The notes below the pieces were generated by a model that had not been told where the DNA came from, made no database searches, and saw only the letters and a program-made list of their open reading frames with translations. This document shows, piece after piece, positions 37,601 through 49,600 of a stretch of DNA of 64,000 bases. Position numbers and translations under genes: made by a program. Source of the stretch: Octopus sinensis. Lineage: Eukaryota. The stretch covers positions 22,816,001 to 22,880,000 of the forward strand of contig NC_042997.1 in NCBI RefSeq assembly GCF_006345805.1, in the 5' to 3' direction. Positions within the stretch are counted from its first letter, which is position 1. Each line of letters begins with the position of its first letter.

Positions 37601-40600
37601 TCAGATCACCGACAACAGAGTCTATTTAACGATGGTTGAAAGTTTCCTTAAAACAGATGGTTTTTACTTTTCTTCGACTTTTGATTTAAGCCATTCCCTA
37701 CAGCGGTTAGCAAACACTAGCCCAGATTTTATGAACATTCCGCTTTTTGATAGGGTAAGCAGTTTCAATAAATTCTTTTAACCAAAACAGCTTTCTTTTT
37801 ATATTACAGAGTCCATGGAAGAAATGTAAAACCTAAGTCAGTATAGTTGATAATTTTTAAAGTTTATGTAGATTGATGCTTGTATTTAAAATGTGGGGAG
37901 GAAGGGAATTCCAATAAAAGGCAGTTATAAGAAGAAAAGAAGAACATGTTTAATATGGGCTTTGAAGAATGAGACATGGTGCAGATTAGGAGAGGAGTGT
38001 GCATTTGGTCATCTGGTACAAGGTAGTAAAATGTATACTTGTTTAGGGAAGCGGGAATTGTTGTAACATTAGAAGATACAGAAAGAGAACACTCCACATA
38101 AGAAGTTGCAGTGTGTATGGGTGATAATTTACTAATCAATCAGATGGCCGTTTTAAGATAGAATCTAAAATGTTTTTGTGCGCAACAGCTGCTCTGTTTC
38201 AGAAATACAAGTAGTACTTTACTATATAATATATGAGAGTGGAGTTTTAATTTTGTTGGTGAATAGTTTATTGTGAACCTACTTATTTAGATTTTGTTAT
38301 GAAGTATTTAAATGCTTTCAGCTATGTAGCAGATGTTTTAGTATGTTTTAACTGCCAGCATTATAACATACAAAAGAAATAAAGACTTTTTCTCTTGTGT
38401 GTATTTGAAAACTTTTAAAACTCTTTCAAATTTACGCATACAAGAAATATAGTTTATTAACTGTAGAGTAAGCAAATTCACTATCATCATCAATAGCAGC
38501 AGCAGCATCTTCATAATCATCAATAATAACAAATTGTGTGAAAAAGTAAAATCATTGAATAAATTCATGAGTGTTAATAATCAGTGACTATCCTTTTTTT
38601 TTTTTTGTACTGTTGAGAACCTTTGACCTCACCCATTTTTCTTGTTTCAGTTTTTCTTGAGTTACTTCACTCTATTCTTTCATTTCATTCACTTTTACTC
38701 CTCAATTTTCACTTTAAGGCTGTGATGAGTTTTGATTGTCATCTATTCTATATTTATGCGACAGGGTGATCCACAATTTATTTGGAATGGTCATATCACC
38801 AGAGAGCTAGCCCAACAACCAGAACTTGGAAAATTTTGTCTACCAGTAATTCATGGATGTATCTTTTTACCAAATTTTAATTTTTGTATTTATTTATTGT
38901 TATGAAACTCCTTTTATTCCTAATTTGAGTTAAATGTAATTTTTGAACACTGAACTGTTGTAAGAGACATGGGAACAAAGCTGAAAATCTTACAATTTAT
39001 CTTAACCAATTGTTATAGGAGAAAGTGTATAGTTGATTGAGCCAATAGGAATTATTACTGGTATTTATTTTACCTAAAAGACAAAGTCACTCTAGTAGAA
39101 ATTGAAGTCATAACTGTGAAGCAAACTAGTTGCTATAAATCAGTGGTTTTCAACCGGGTTCAATATGGCCTTTGGGGATTCATTTAAGATTTTGTTGTTA
39201 AAATTTATGCACTGGTTATATTTCTGCAATGCACAATAATTAAACATTTTAAAATACTATTCTTAGTAATTTTCAATCCTAAAAATATAATAGTTTTTAG
39301 ACATCAAATGGTCTTGAAGGCCCCACCCACTGAGTAAAATAAGAATCAAAGGGGTCCATAGGCAAAAAATGGTTTGAGAACTACTGGGATGTATAATCAT
39401 TTCCAGCTCTTCGCTATTTCTGCCATCATTTAATTCTAATATCAACATCATAGAAAGCCTCCAATCTTTGTTGTTACATGCAACATTTGTCATGGCTGGA
39501 AAGCTTTCTTATCATCAACCACTTCACAACATGAACTGGATGCATTTTACTGCACCACTAGAACTAGAGTTTAAATTACTACCTTCCTACATGACTTGCT
39601 TTCATTATGGCTGAAAGCTACATCTCTCCATTGATGCTACCAAAGAGGTGCAACGTCAAGACACACATGACTTCTTTTAAGTTTCTGTATACTGAAATCT
39701 CTCAAAAGGATTTGGTTAGTTTAGGACTATAATAGAAGGCACTTTTGCTCATGGTGATGTGCTGTGGGATTGAACCTGAAAACAAGTGGTTGTGAACCTC
39801 TTAACATTCCCATTCTTGTGTCTATAACCATCCCCTGTACCCATTAGAGCAAAAACAGATGTATGTTTTTAAGTTGTAATGTGAAAAAGACATTATGTAT
39901 TGTAGATGTCACTTTTTCAAGAGAATATACTCTAACAAAGAGCTTTTCTAAATTCAAGGAAGTAATGTGAAAATGCATTAGTATATAGCTTTACAATATC
40001 CAATTTGTGTAAATTTCATTTCCATTTTATATAATCTACCTGTGGGCTTAAGACTCTGGATCAATAGTATACAGTTTCAAATTCAACCACATGTATTGTA
40101 TTAATTTTAGGTAGAGCACCTTTCACTCTTCAAGTTAGTCATTCTTGTTTTCCATGAGGTATGGATGTCAATACATAATCATGATTAGTACTAAGAAGAA
40201 GCCAACTATTCTGTTAACACTTGGTTATTTGGCATCTGAAACAATCCAGCTCTTACTAACATGACTTCATGTTCATAAAAGAATCACTTTTAATAATAAT
40301 TATATTTTCTAGCATCTTTTATACTTTTTCCTTGACATTTTCATCAGTTGTATGTATACGCTCTTGTACAGTCAACAATAAGGCCATAGACTATATTTTA
40401 ATTTCCAGAAGATCAGTTTACAGGGCTGGTACTAGATTTTATATGCGAGGCTTAGATTCAGAGGGACAGGCAGCTAATTTTGTGGAAACTGAACAAATAC
40501 TTCTCTATGATGGCCATAAATGTTCCTTGGTGCAGGTAAATATTTTTTATATTGCAAATTACCAATTAAACGGTTTTTTCTTTTACATTAAAAGCAATTT

Positions 40601-43600
40601 TATTCCTTTTTTTATAACTTAGCAAAAATTGATGCCTTGCTATTTTCAATGGAAATAAAAGCATTTAAAAAAAGTTTATTAAGTTTCTCTGTTTGTAAGG
40701 TTTAAGGGAGTAGAAACAGAAAAGGAAATTTAAAGGAATGGGTTATCTTTGTAATATTAAACTAACTTTGAAAATTATAAACCTGCAATTTTAGATTGGT
40801 AAGGAAGGGGAGCAATGAGAGTAATGTTTCATATTTCATAGGATTTTCTAACTCAATCTTATTTACTCACTTCTGGTTTTCAAATATACTAAGTACTAGC
40901 ATTGTTTCTGATTATTGTTCAGTTTCTATGCTTTAGCAATAAGTAAATTTTGTAACACAGACTGACTCTTGAATTTTATGTTTTTAGATCTACATTTAAA
41001 ACTAAGTGAATCTTTGACAATTCTTTGCTTTTTGTCACTTTGCTAGCAGTAAGAAAAATCATCTTATGTCTTACCCAAGTCTACTTTCAACCAAGCCTAT
41101 GCCCTGTAGCCAACTCCTACACTTGCTATGGAGCATAGGTTCAGCCAAATACAGGAGCTAAAAGTTTTTAAACCAGTCTAATTTCCATTTTTTAATAATT
41201 TAAAATTTAGATATCATTTAAATTAAATTTCTTCACTTGCTCAGTAAAAAATTATATGGTCTTGAGCTCTACATTTTAGGATATCTATAGCAGATAATTA
41301 GAAGTTTAAAAAATATATTTCTAATGAAAATAATTTTTGCATAACTGGAGTAAATATCTAAATGATGGAAGTATGTAAATTATCTTTTTTTAATTTCTTA
41401 TTTACAGAGTCGTGGTTCAATACCATTGTACTGGTCACAGCGACCCAATCTTAAATATAAACCAACACCCGTTATCAGCAGTACAGCTAATCACGTATGT
41501 CTTTACAATTTTAATTGTCTGAAATATAATTATCATTTCATTAGAAAAACATTTTTCATTCATCTATTCATCCTTGTCATTAATTCTAAAATGTTTAAAG
41601 GAAGTTATGTGATTATTAAAAGTCTTTTCTGTTGAGGTTGATATGTTGGCCATAATGCATATAACCACAGTATTAAAAAATATTCCAAAACCATTATTAA
41701 GTATTATTCACCAATGATTTTGTTAAACAAAATTGTGAACTGAATAAAGAAAATGAATGGGAGAAAGAGAGTCTGCCGAATGTCGACCCCACAGAGGGAC
41801 CAGCTATCCGAGTTGACAGTACCTTGGTAGATAAAGCAATTAAAAGTATGAAGACAGGGAAAGCCCCCCGGCCCATCAGGAATTACTATAGAGATGCTCA
41901 AAATATCTGGCAGTGTCGGCTATAGCCTAGTCACCCGTATAGTCAACTAGGTGATACACGAAGGAGTCATACCCAATGACTGGTGTAGCAGCATAATAGT
42001 CAACTGCTACAAAAGTAAAGGTGATGCTTTAGATACAAATAATTACAGAGGTATCAAGCTGTTGGATCAGGTAATGAGGGTCACAGAGGGGGTCATAGCC
42101 CAACTAATTAGGGAGAGGGTCAGTTTAGATGAGATACAATTTGGTTTCATGCCAGGGAAAAGCACCACTGATGCTATACTTCTGGTAAGACAGCTGCAGG
42201 AGAAATACCTAGCCAAAGATAAGCCCCTGTGTCTGGCTTTCGTTGACATGGAGAAAGCCTTTGACAGGGTCCCCCAATCCCTTATCTGGTGGTCAGTGAG
42301 GAAACCAGGGATAGATGAATGGTTAGTGAGAGCCGTGCAAGCCATGTACAGGGACACTGTCAGTAAGGTGAGGGTTGGCAACGAGTAAACTGAAGAATTC
42401 AGGGTAGAGGTAGGGGTCCACAAAGTTTCAGTCATCAGCCCCCTCCTTTTTATCATAGTCCTTGAGGCAATAACAGAGGAATTCAAGACAGGATACCCCT
42501 GGGAGCTCCTCTATGCTGATGACCTTGCTCTAATTGCTGAGTCACTATCAGAACTAGAGAAGTTTCAAGTATAGAAACAAGGATTAGAATTGAAAGGCCT
42601 TAGAGTTAACCCAGCTAAAACCAAAGTCCTAATAAGTAGTAAGGCAGGCAAACCAGAAATCCCTTCAGGTAGATGGCCCTGCTCGATCTGTAGTAGAGGC
42701 GTAGGTAGAAACTCTATAAGATGCACCCAGTGTAAGCTATGGACACATAAGAGGTGCAGTAATATCAAAGGAAGGCTAACTGGGAAGATAGCTTTTGTAT
42801 GTGGCAGATGCTCGGGTGCAATAAACATTGGAAATGTGCAGAGAACAACTTCCACCACATTCCAGGGAGAAAAACTAGAAGTAGTTGATAGCTTCTGAAA
42901 CCTAGGTGACCAAGTCAGTAGCGGGGGAGGGTGCACTGACAGTGTAGCTGCTAGAGTAAGAATAGCTTGGACAAAGTTCAGAGAGCTCTTACCTCTGCTG
43001 GTGACAAAGGGCCTCTTGCTCAGAGTAAAAGATAGACTGTATGATGCATGTGTACGAACAGCCATGCTACATGGCAGTGAAACATAGGCCATGACTGCTG
43101 AGGACATGCGTAAGCTCACAAGGAATGAAGCCAATATATTCCGCTGGATGTGTAATGTCAGTGTGCATACTCAACAGAGTGTAAGTACCTTGAGAGAAAA
43201 GTTGGACCTAAGAAGCATCAGATGTAGTGTGCAAGAGAGACAACTGCGCTGGTATGGTCACGTGGCGAGAATGGATGAGGATAGCTGTGTGAAAAAGTGC
43301 CATACCCTAGTGGTTGAGGGAACCTGTGGAAGAGGTAGACCCAGGAAGACCTGGGATGAAGTGGTGAAGCACAACCTTCGAACATTAGGCCTCACCAAGG
43401 CAATGACTAGTAACTGAGACTTTTGGAAATATGCTGTGCTTGAGAAGACCCAGCAAGCCAAATGAGACCATAACCTTGTGGCCTATGCCAGGGGTGTAAC
43501 CAGCCCGCTTACGCATACCTTTCCTTCATTGGATGCTAAACTCTGCTTGCAAAGACCTGTTGAGGCAAGTGAAATCAAAATCAAAATCAAATTCGATGAC

Positions 43601-46600
43601 TGGCATCCATGCTAGTAGAGCACTAAGAGCACCATCTGAGCATGATCATTGCCAGAGTGGCTAACTGGCTTCCATGCCTGTGGCACATAAAAAGCACCAT
43701 TTGAGTGTGATTGTTACCAGCTTCGCCTTACTGGCACTTGTGCCGGTGGCACCTGAAAAACTTTCGAGTGAGGTCGTTGCCAGTGCCACTGGACTGGCTC
43801 CTGTGCAGGTGGGACATAAAAAAAACACCATTTGAGCGTGGTCATTGCCAGTACCGCCTGACTGACCCTCGTGCCAGTGGCACATAAAAGCATCCACTAC
43901 ACTCACAGAGTTGCTGGCGTTCTGGCACTCAAGCCCTGTGCTAGTAGGGTATTAAGAGCACCATCTGAATGTGATCGTTGCCAGAGCGGCTATCTGGCCG
44001 CCGTGCTGGTGGCACGTAAAAGACACCATTCGAGCGTGATCGTTGCCAGCATCGTCTTACTGGCACCTGTGCCAGTGGCATGTGTAAAAGATTCAAGCGA
44101 GGTCGTTGCCAGTACCGCCTGACTGGCCCCATGCCGGTGGCACGCAAGAGCACCCACTACACTCTTGGAGTGCTTGGCGTTAGGAAAGGCATCCAGCTGT
44201 AGAAACTCTGCCAGATCAAGATTGAAGCCTGGTGCAGCCATCTGGTTCGCCAGCCCTCAGTCATTCGTCCAATGCTAGCATGGAAAGCAGACGTTAAATG
44301 ATGATGATGATGATCTATCCTATGTTTTGATTATTTTCATCAGGTGTCATATTACTGGATATATACAAAGTACAAGCCTGAGTTTGAACTTGGAAATTTC
44401 ATTTTCTAGTTCACATCCAGTCTGGTACTATATACGTATCCAGGAAAACGACACCCAATGGTGATCAGAGATCAGGCCAATTAAAGATAGGTATCATTCA
44501 TCATCATCGTTTTATGTCTGCTTTTCTAAGTTCTTATTCAAAGTTACTACTCTGCTAGATATGTAGGGGACCATGCCTTGCGAATAAGTTACATTTTTGG
44601 CATGGTTTCAATTGATGGATGCCCTTCTTATTGCCAACCACTCTACCGAATGTAGTGCATGGATTTTATCATAGCACCAGCACTAGAGAGGTTATCTTGA
44701 CCCCAGCAAGTTTAAAGTCTTTTTACCCTATATTATCTCTGTTCATAATGTAGATGTAAATATTTTTAAAATATCTCATTTCTAGAATGAGATTAATAGT
44801 CCCAAGAATGTATAATCGTTTAACAACTCAGATATTTAGACATCTAATTACATGCATAACTGTTGGGAGTTTTGGTGCATGGAACTCTTTAAAAAATTGT
44901 CGCAAATTTGTTGTACTGTTTCAACGTAAGATCTGATACGTATTTCTTTCATGTTTTTATAGTCAAGAATATTGTTACATTTCACGCAATGAAGAAGAGT
45001 TGTATGGTATTTCAAAGAATATTTGTTTGAGGTCATCGATTGTCGGGAGCATTTTCTTCATACGGTTGTTTGAAAAAATCTGTTATGTTGCTAATCTCAA
45101 GGGTGCTTTGTTAATGGCTTGGGACACAGAATTGTTTCATGTTATCCAGTTGTGTTATTTGTCACTGCTAGAAAGGGGTATTGAGAAAGCTGGAAGTGTA
45201 TATTTACAAGCTATCCAGATGTGAGCTTAAGATGTTTTTGGTTCTAATTTTTTAAAAGAATCCAAAATAAAGTTTTCAAAATCAATTGTAGAACAAACAG
45301 TTAATGTTGTTTCTTAGAAATATATGTATAGCCCTGTTTGTAGATTAAGTGATAAAGCCTTAACATTTTGATCATTGGTATGACTCTCTATGTTCTCATC
45401 ACATATTTATGTTTCATCATTTTTATTGATCACATTTTCTTCTAAAGCCAGTAATGTGGAGCAGTTTCCTTGCAAGACTAATAATGACTGTATTTTCACC
45501 CCAAAATCCTGATATGTAGTAGCTCTAAAGCAACCTATCATGGTCTGCCAGCATACTCTCTTTTACTCTTTTACTTGTTTCAGTCATGTGACTGTGGCCA
45601 TGCTAGAGCACCACCTTTAGTCGATCAAATCGACCCCAGGACTTATTCTTTGTAAGCCTAGTACTTATTTTATCGGTCTCTTTTTGCCGAACCGCTAAGT
45701 TACGAGGACATAAACACACCAGCATTGGTTGTCAAGCGATGTTGGGGGGACAAACACAGACACACAAACACGCACATATACATATATATGACAGGCTTCT
45801 TTCAGTTTCCGTCTACCAAATCCACTCACAAGGCTTTGGTCGGCCCGAGGCTATAGTAGAAGACACTTACCCAAGGTGCCACGCAGTGGGACTGAACCCG
45901 GAACCATGTTTTTTTTTTTACTCCTTTTTGCAAAAAATGTTAGATTTTTCTGTATGTAAATTTTGAGATATCTTCTTTCAACTTCAGCTTGTTTACAACA
46001 TTAGCTTCACTTAATATTTTGGTTCTCTATTTATATACCACTACTATTATCATTCTCATCCAATGTATTCTGACTTAGTACTTACTGTAAAGCAGTTTAT
46101 CTGGTTAATTGCTTGAGTATCTGCTAGTGTATCTCAGAAATTATTCAAGCTAGCAAATACAAATATTTTATTAATGATTTCTTAGCTGGCTAGCTACATG
46201 CATACATACATAATTTTTTTAATATTGCCTTAACAAGTTATTTAAATATTGATTTATGAAATAGGCAGCACATAGCCTCAAACATTTGGGTGAGAGATAT
46301 AGTAAATTATATTGTCCCTCTTCTCCTTCACTATGTGTCTGGTATTTATGTTACCAACCCCAGAAGAATGAAAGGCAAAATTTAACTGGATGGAATGTGA
46401 ACTTAGAACAAGAAAATAATTCTGTCAATGCTGCTTTTTGGTTACTTAAATTTGAAATGGACAACCCTGCTCTATTCATCTTGCCTGCTGTGGGTCATAT
46501 GAAAAATGCAATCAAGTATGCTTAAACTATAAGGCTACACAAATAGTATTGTTAAATGTAAAATGCATGCAATGAAATGGTTTCTCCCATAGCATACATA

Positions 46601-49600
46601 AAACATGGAGTTGATGCTTAAATTTTGAGTTTTATGTAACTGATTTTTGTTTCATTTTTGCAACAACCTGAAATGATTGAGTTGAAATAATTCTCATAAT
46701 TTATATATGTTGGGTGATATGTAGGTAATGATAAAAATTATATCAGTTGCATACAGAGGTGCAGTGCACAACAATTTCTTTCAAATACTGCTGTCTGTAA
46801 TAGATATGATGTATGTAGAAAAATATTTCCTTTCATTTTCATTTTTTAACATTTAGTTATAGATCTGATTAATACTGGTTCATTTCTTTTCTTTTAAAAA
46901 AAAATTCATAATAAAACCTTCATCAGTTTCTTCACTGATTTCTGTGTTAAAGATGAGATGTGACAGATCTAAGATGTAGCTCAGAAGGGAGAGAGAAATA
47001 ACTGAAGGCATTGAAAGAGGGTTGTCCATGGAAAATAGGTGGGAAGGGATAAGAATTAGGGATGGATGTTAATAAAATGTGGTTTCAGTGGGGGAGTTTT
47101 GAAATATGTGCCAATTCTATCCTCAAATGATTACAGCAGCTGAGAAGTACTATAGTTAGAAGAGTGTTGGAAAAATGAAATGTGGCCAATGCTTGATGGG
47201 GGCAGATTGGGCACATGTCCCAACATATACAAACATAAACATAATGGTTTTAGGATATCACTTTCACTGTGACAGATGGGTTTTATCAAGCATAGCAAAT
47301 CACCTATCGTCTCTTTTGTGAGGCTCAACTACTTTGTTCTATAGTACGAATGCAATAGAAAGGGTTTATGAACTCTAGAATACTGTATTATGATTGTAAA
47401 ATTAGTGTCTATACTTCTGAATTATGCTAGTTTTTATATGATGGGCAGTCACACATAGTGTTATGTGATATGCAACATCTAAAGCCTGACTCAGATTTAA
47501 AATGTTTTTTTTTTTACTTTCTGTTACGCTTCACAAAAATGTGTATTACGATTTTGTGACCAAATTTTCTTTTTTTGCAGATGGATGCCTTTAATCGACA
47601 CTTTGATGCTCAGATTTATTCCTATGGGAAACAAGTGCTTATCAATTTGGTATGACACTATGGAATCAATTTAATCTTGATATTAACCACACCTAACTAA
47701 ATGAATAATATATACTAAGTGATAAGGTATTGTTGTTAATAGTATAATTTTGTTATTAGATAAATTAATGTTTATAATTTAATTAAATAGTTCGAAAACA
47801 ACCAAATTGAACAAGGATTTTCTTCTAATTTGAAGAGACTGATTGCAATGTAGATATGATAGAGAACTTTTCAGATGTCAGCCAGGTTGATTGATCAAGG
47901 AAAAATATGACATTTTAGAGGTTCTGGTTTGATATTAATTATGATGTAGCAAGTTATAATAAACCTTTATCAGCAATTCCCCATATTCATGATTTTGCAG
48001 CTTCATTGTGTGGTTGCAATATCTTTTCAAAGATAGATTTAATTAGAGCATACAATCAAATTCCTGTTGAAGAGAGTGATATACCAAAAACAGCAATTAC
48101 AACTCCATTTGGGTTGTATGAATTCCTTCATATGCCTTTTGGATTGAAGAAAGCAGCAAATACTTTCCAGAGATTCATCGACGAACTAACAAGAGATTTA
48201 CCTTTTGTACTTGCTTATATAGACGATATTCTCATTGCTAGTCCATCAAAAGAAGTTCATGAAAATCACTTAAAACTAATTTTCGAAAGACTGACTAAAA
48301 ATGGTATAGTGATATATCCATCAGTGTGTTTTCAGTGAATGCACTGTATCTTTTTTAGGTCGTCTCATTGATAGAGATGGAATTCGTCCACTGCCTGACA
48401 ACAAAGTTGAAGCTATTAACAAATTTCCAGTACCAAATTCTTTACGAAAGCTTCGAGAATTTTTAGGACTCATTAATTTTTACAGATGAATCATTCCACA
48501 TTGCATTCCTTTAACTGAATTATTAAAGAATAGGAAAAAGAAAAATGAAGCTATAACTTTAAAAGATAAAGAATTACAGGCTTTTCATTGCATAAAAGAA
48601 AAACTTTGTGAAGCAACACTCTTAAACCATCTGGTTCCTGAAGCAGAATTATTGTTGGTAGTTGATGCTTCCAATGTTGGAATTGGTGGAGCTTTACAAC
48701 AATTTCATTGTGGTTCTTGGCAACTATTATCCTTCTTTCCAAAAAAATTCAAGGCACCAGAAACAACATACAGCGTTTACGCAGCCTGAGTTAAGATTTA
48801 TGAATGGTAATAAATACTTATGATTAAGAATAGAATTCAGAATCACGTTGTGGTCACCAATTTATAATGGTTGATTGATCGCCTAGTTTATAACAGGCGT
48901 TAGTATTAAGAAGAAATGATGAGTGGAAATTTATCTATAACACTTAGATGATTTTATCTATTTATCATGTGTTCAACTTGAAATTATAATAAATGTAAAT
49001 ATTTCTTGAGTAGGAATCTATGGTGATAAAGCTGTCACTTATAACTTAATTATAATTTCCTGAGTAGAATTCGGAATCCACATTGGTTTGTCACAAATTT
49101 ATAACGGTTTTGACTTGGAAGAGATAATAAATATAATTATTTCTTGAGTAGGAAATTATGGTGATAAATCCGTCACTTATAACTTAATTATAAGTATCTA
49201 TCACCATGCATAAATCCTAGCTCAGACTACATAACTGCTGTGGTGAGTTACACACACCAAGACACTGAATGTGCATGCATGTTGAAGATAATAAAGCTCA
49301 CTCTTTTTCACAGCTATAATAACAATTTCATAGTTACAGAAATACATTTCATCAACAGGTTGAAGAAAATGAAGAAAAAGAAATTATTTACTAAATTAGT
49401 TTATTTACGTACATTTAATATTTACAGTACATTTTTATAAGTCAAAAGAAGACTGTCATAGAGAGTTACGACATAAAATTTATATTAACTAATTCTTCCA
49501 TAAGTAAGCTACATGAGTTTTTAAAAGATAAAAGTGAGTGTCGTGGAATCGAATGACAACCGATGAACACTGATTAATTTCCCAAAAATCAGGATTTTTA

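Noticed and set aside
48841-48860. Minus-strand TGGTGACC as a primer-binding site
   Set aside because: Lies within a degenerate tandem repeat also seen at about 49070-49100 and does not follow a clear LTR end.
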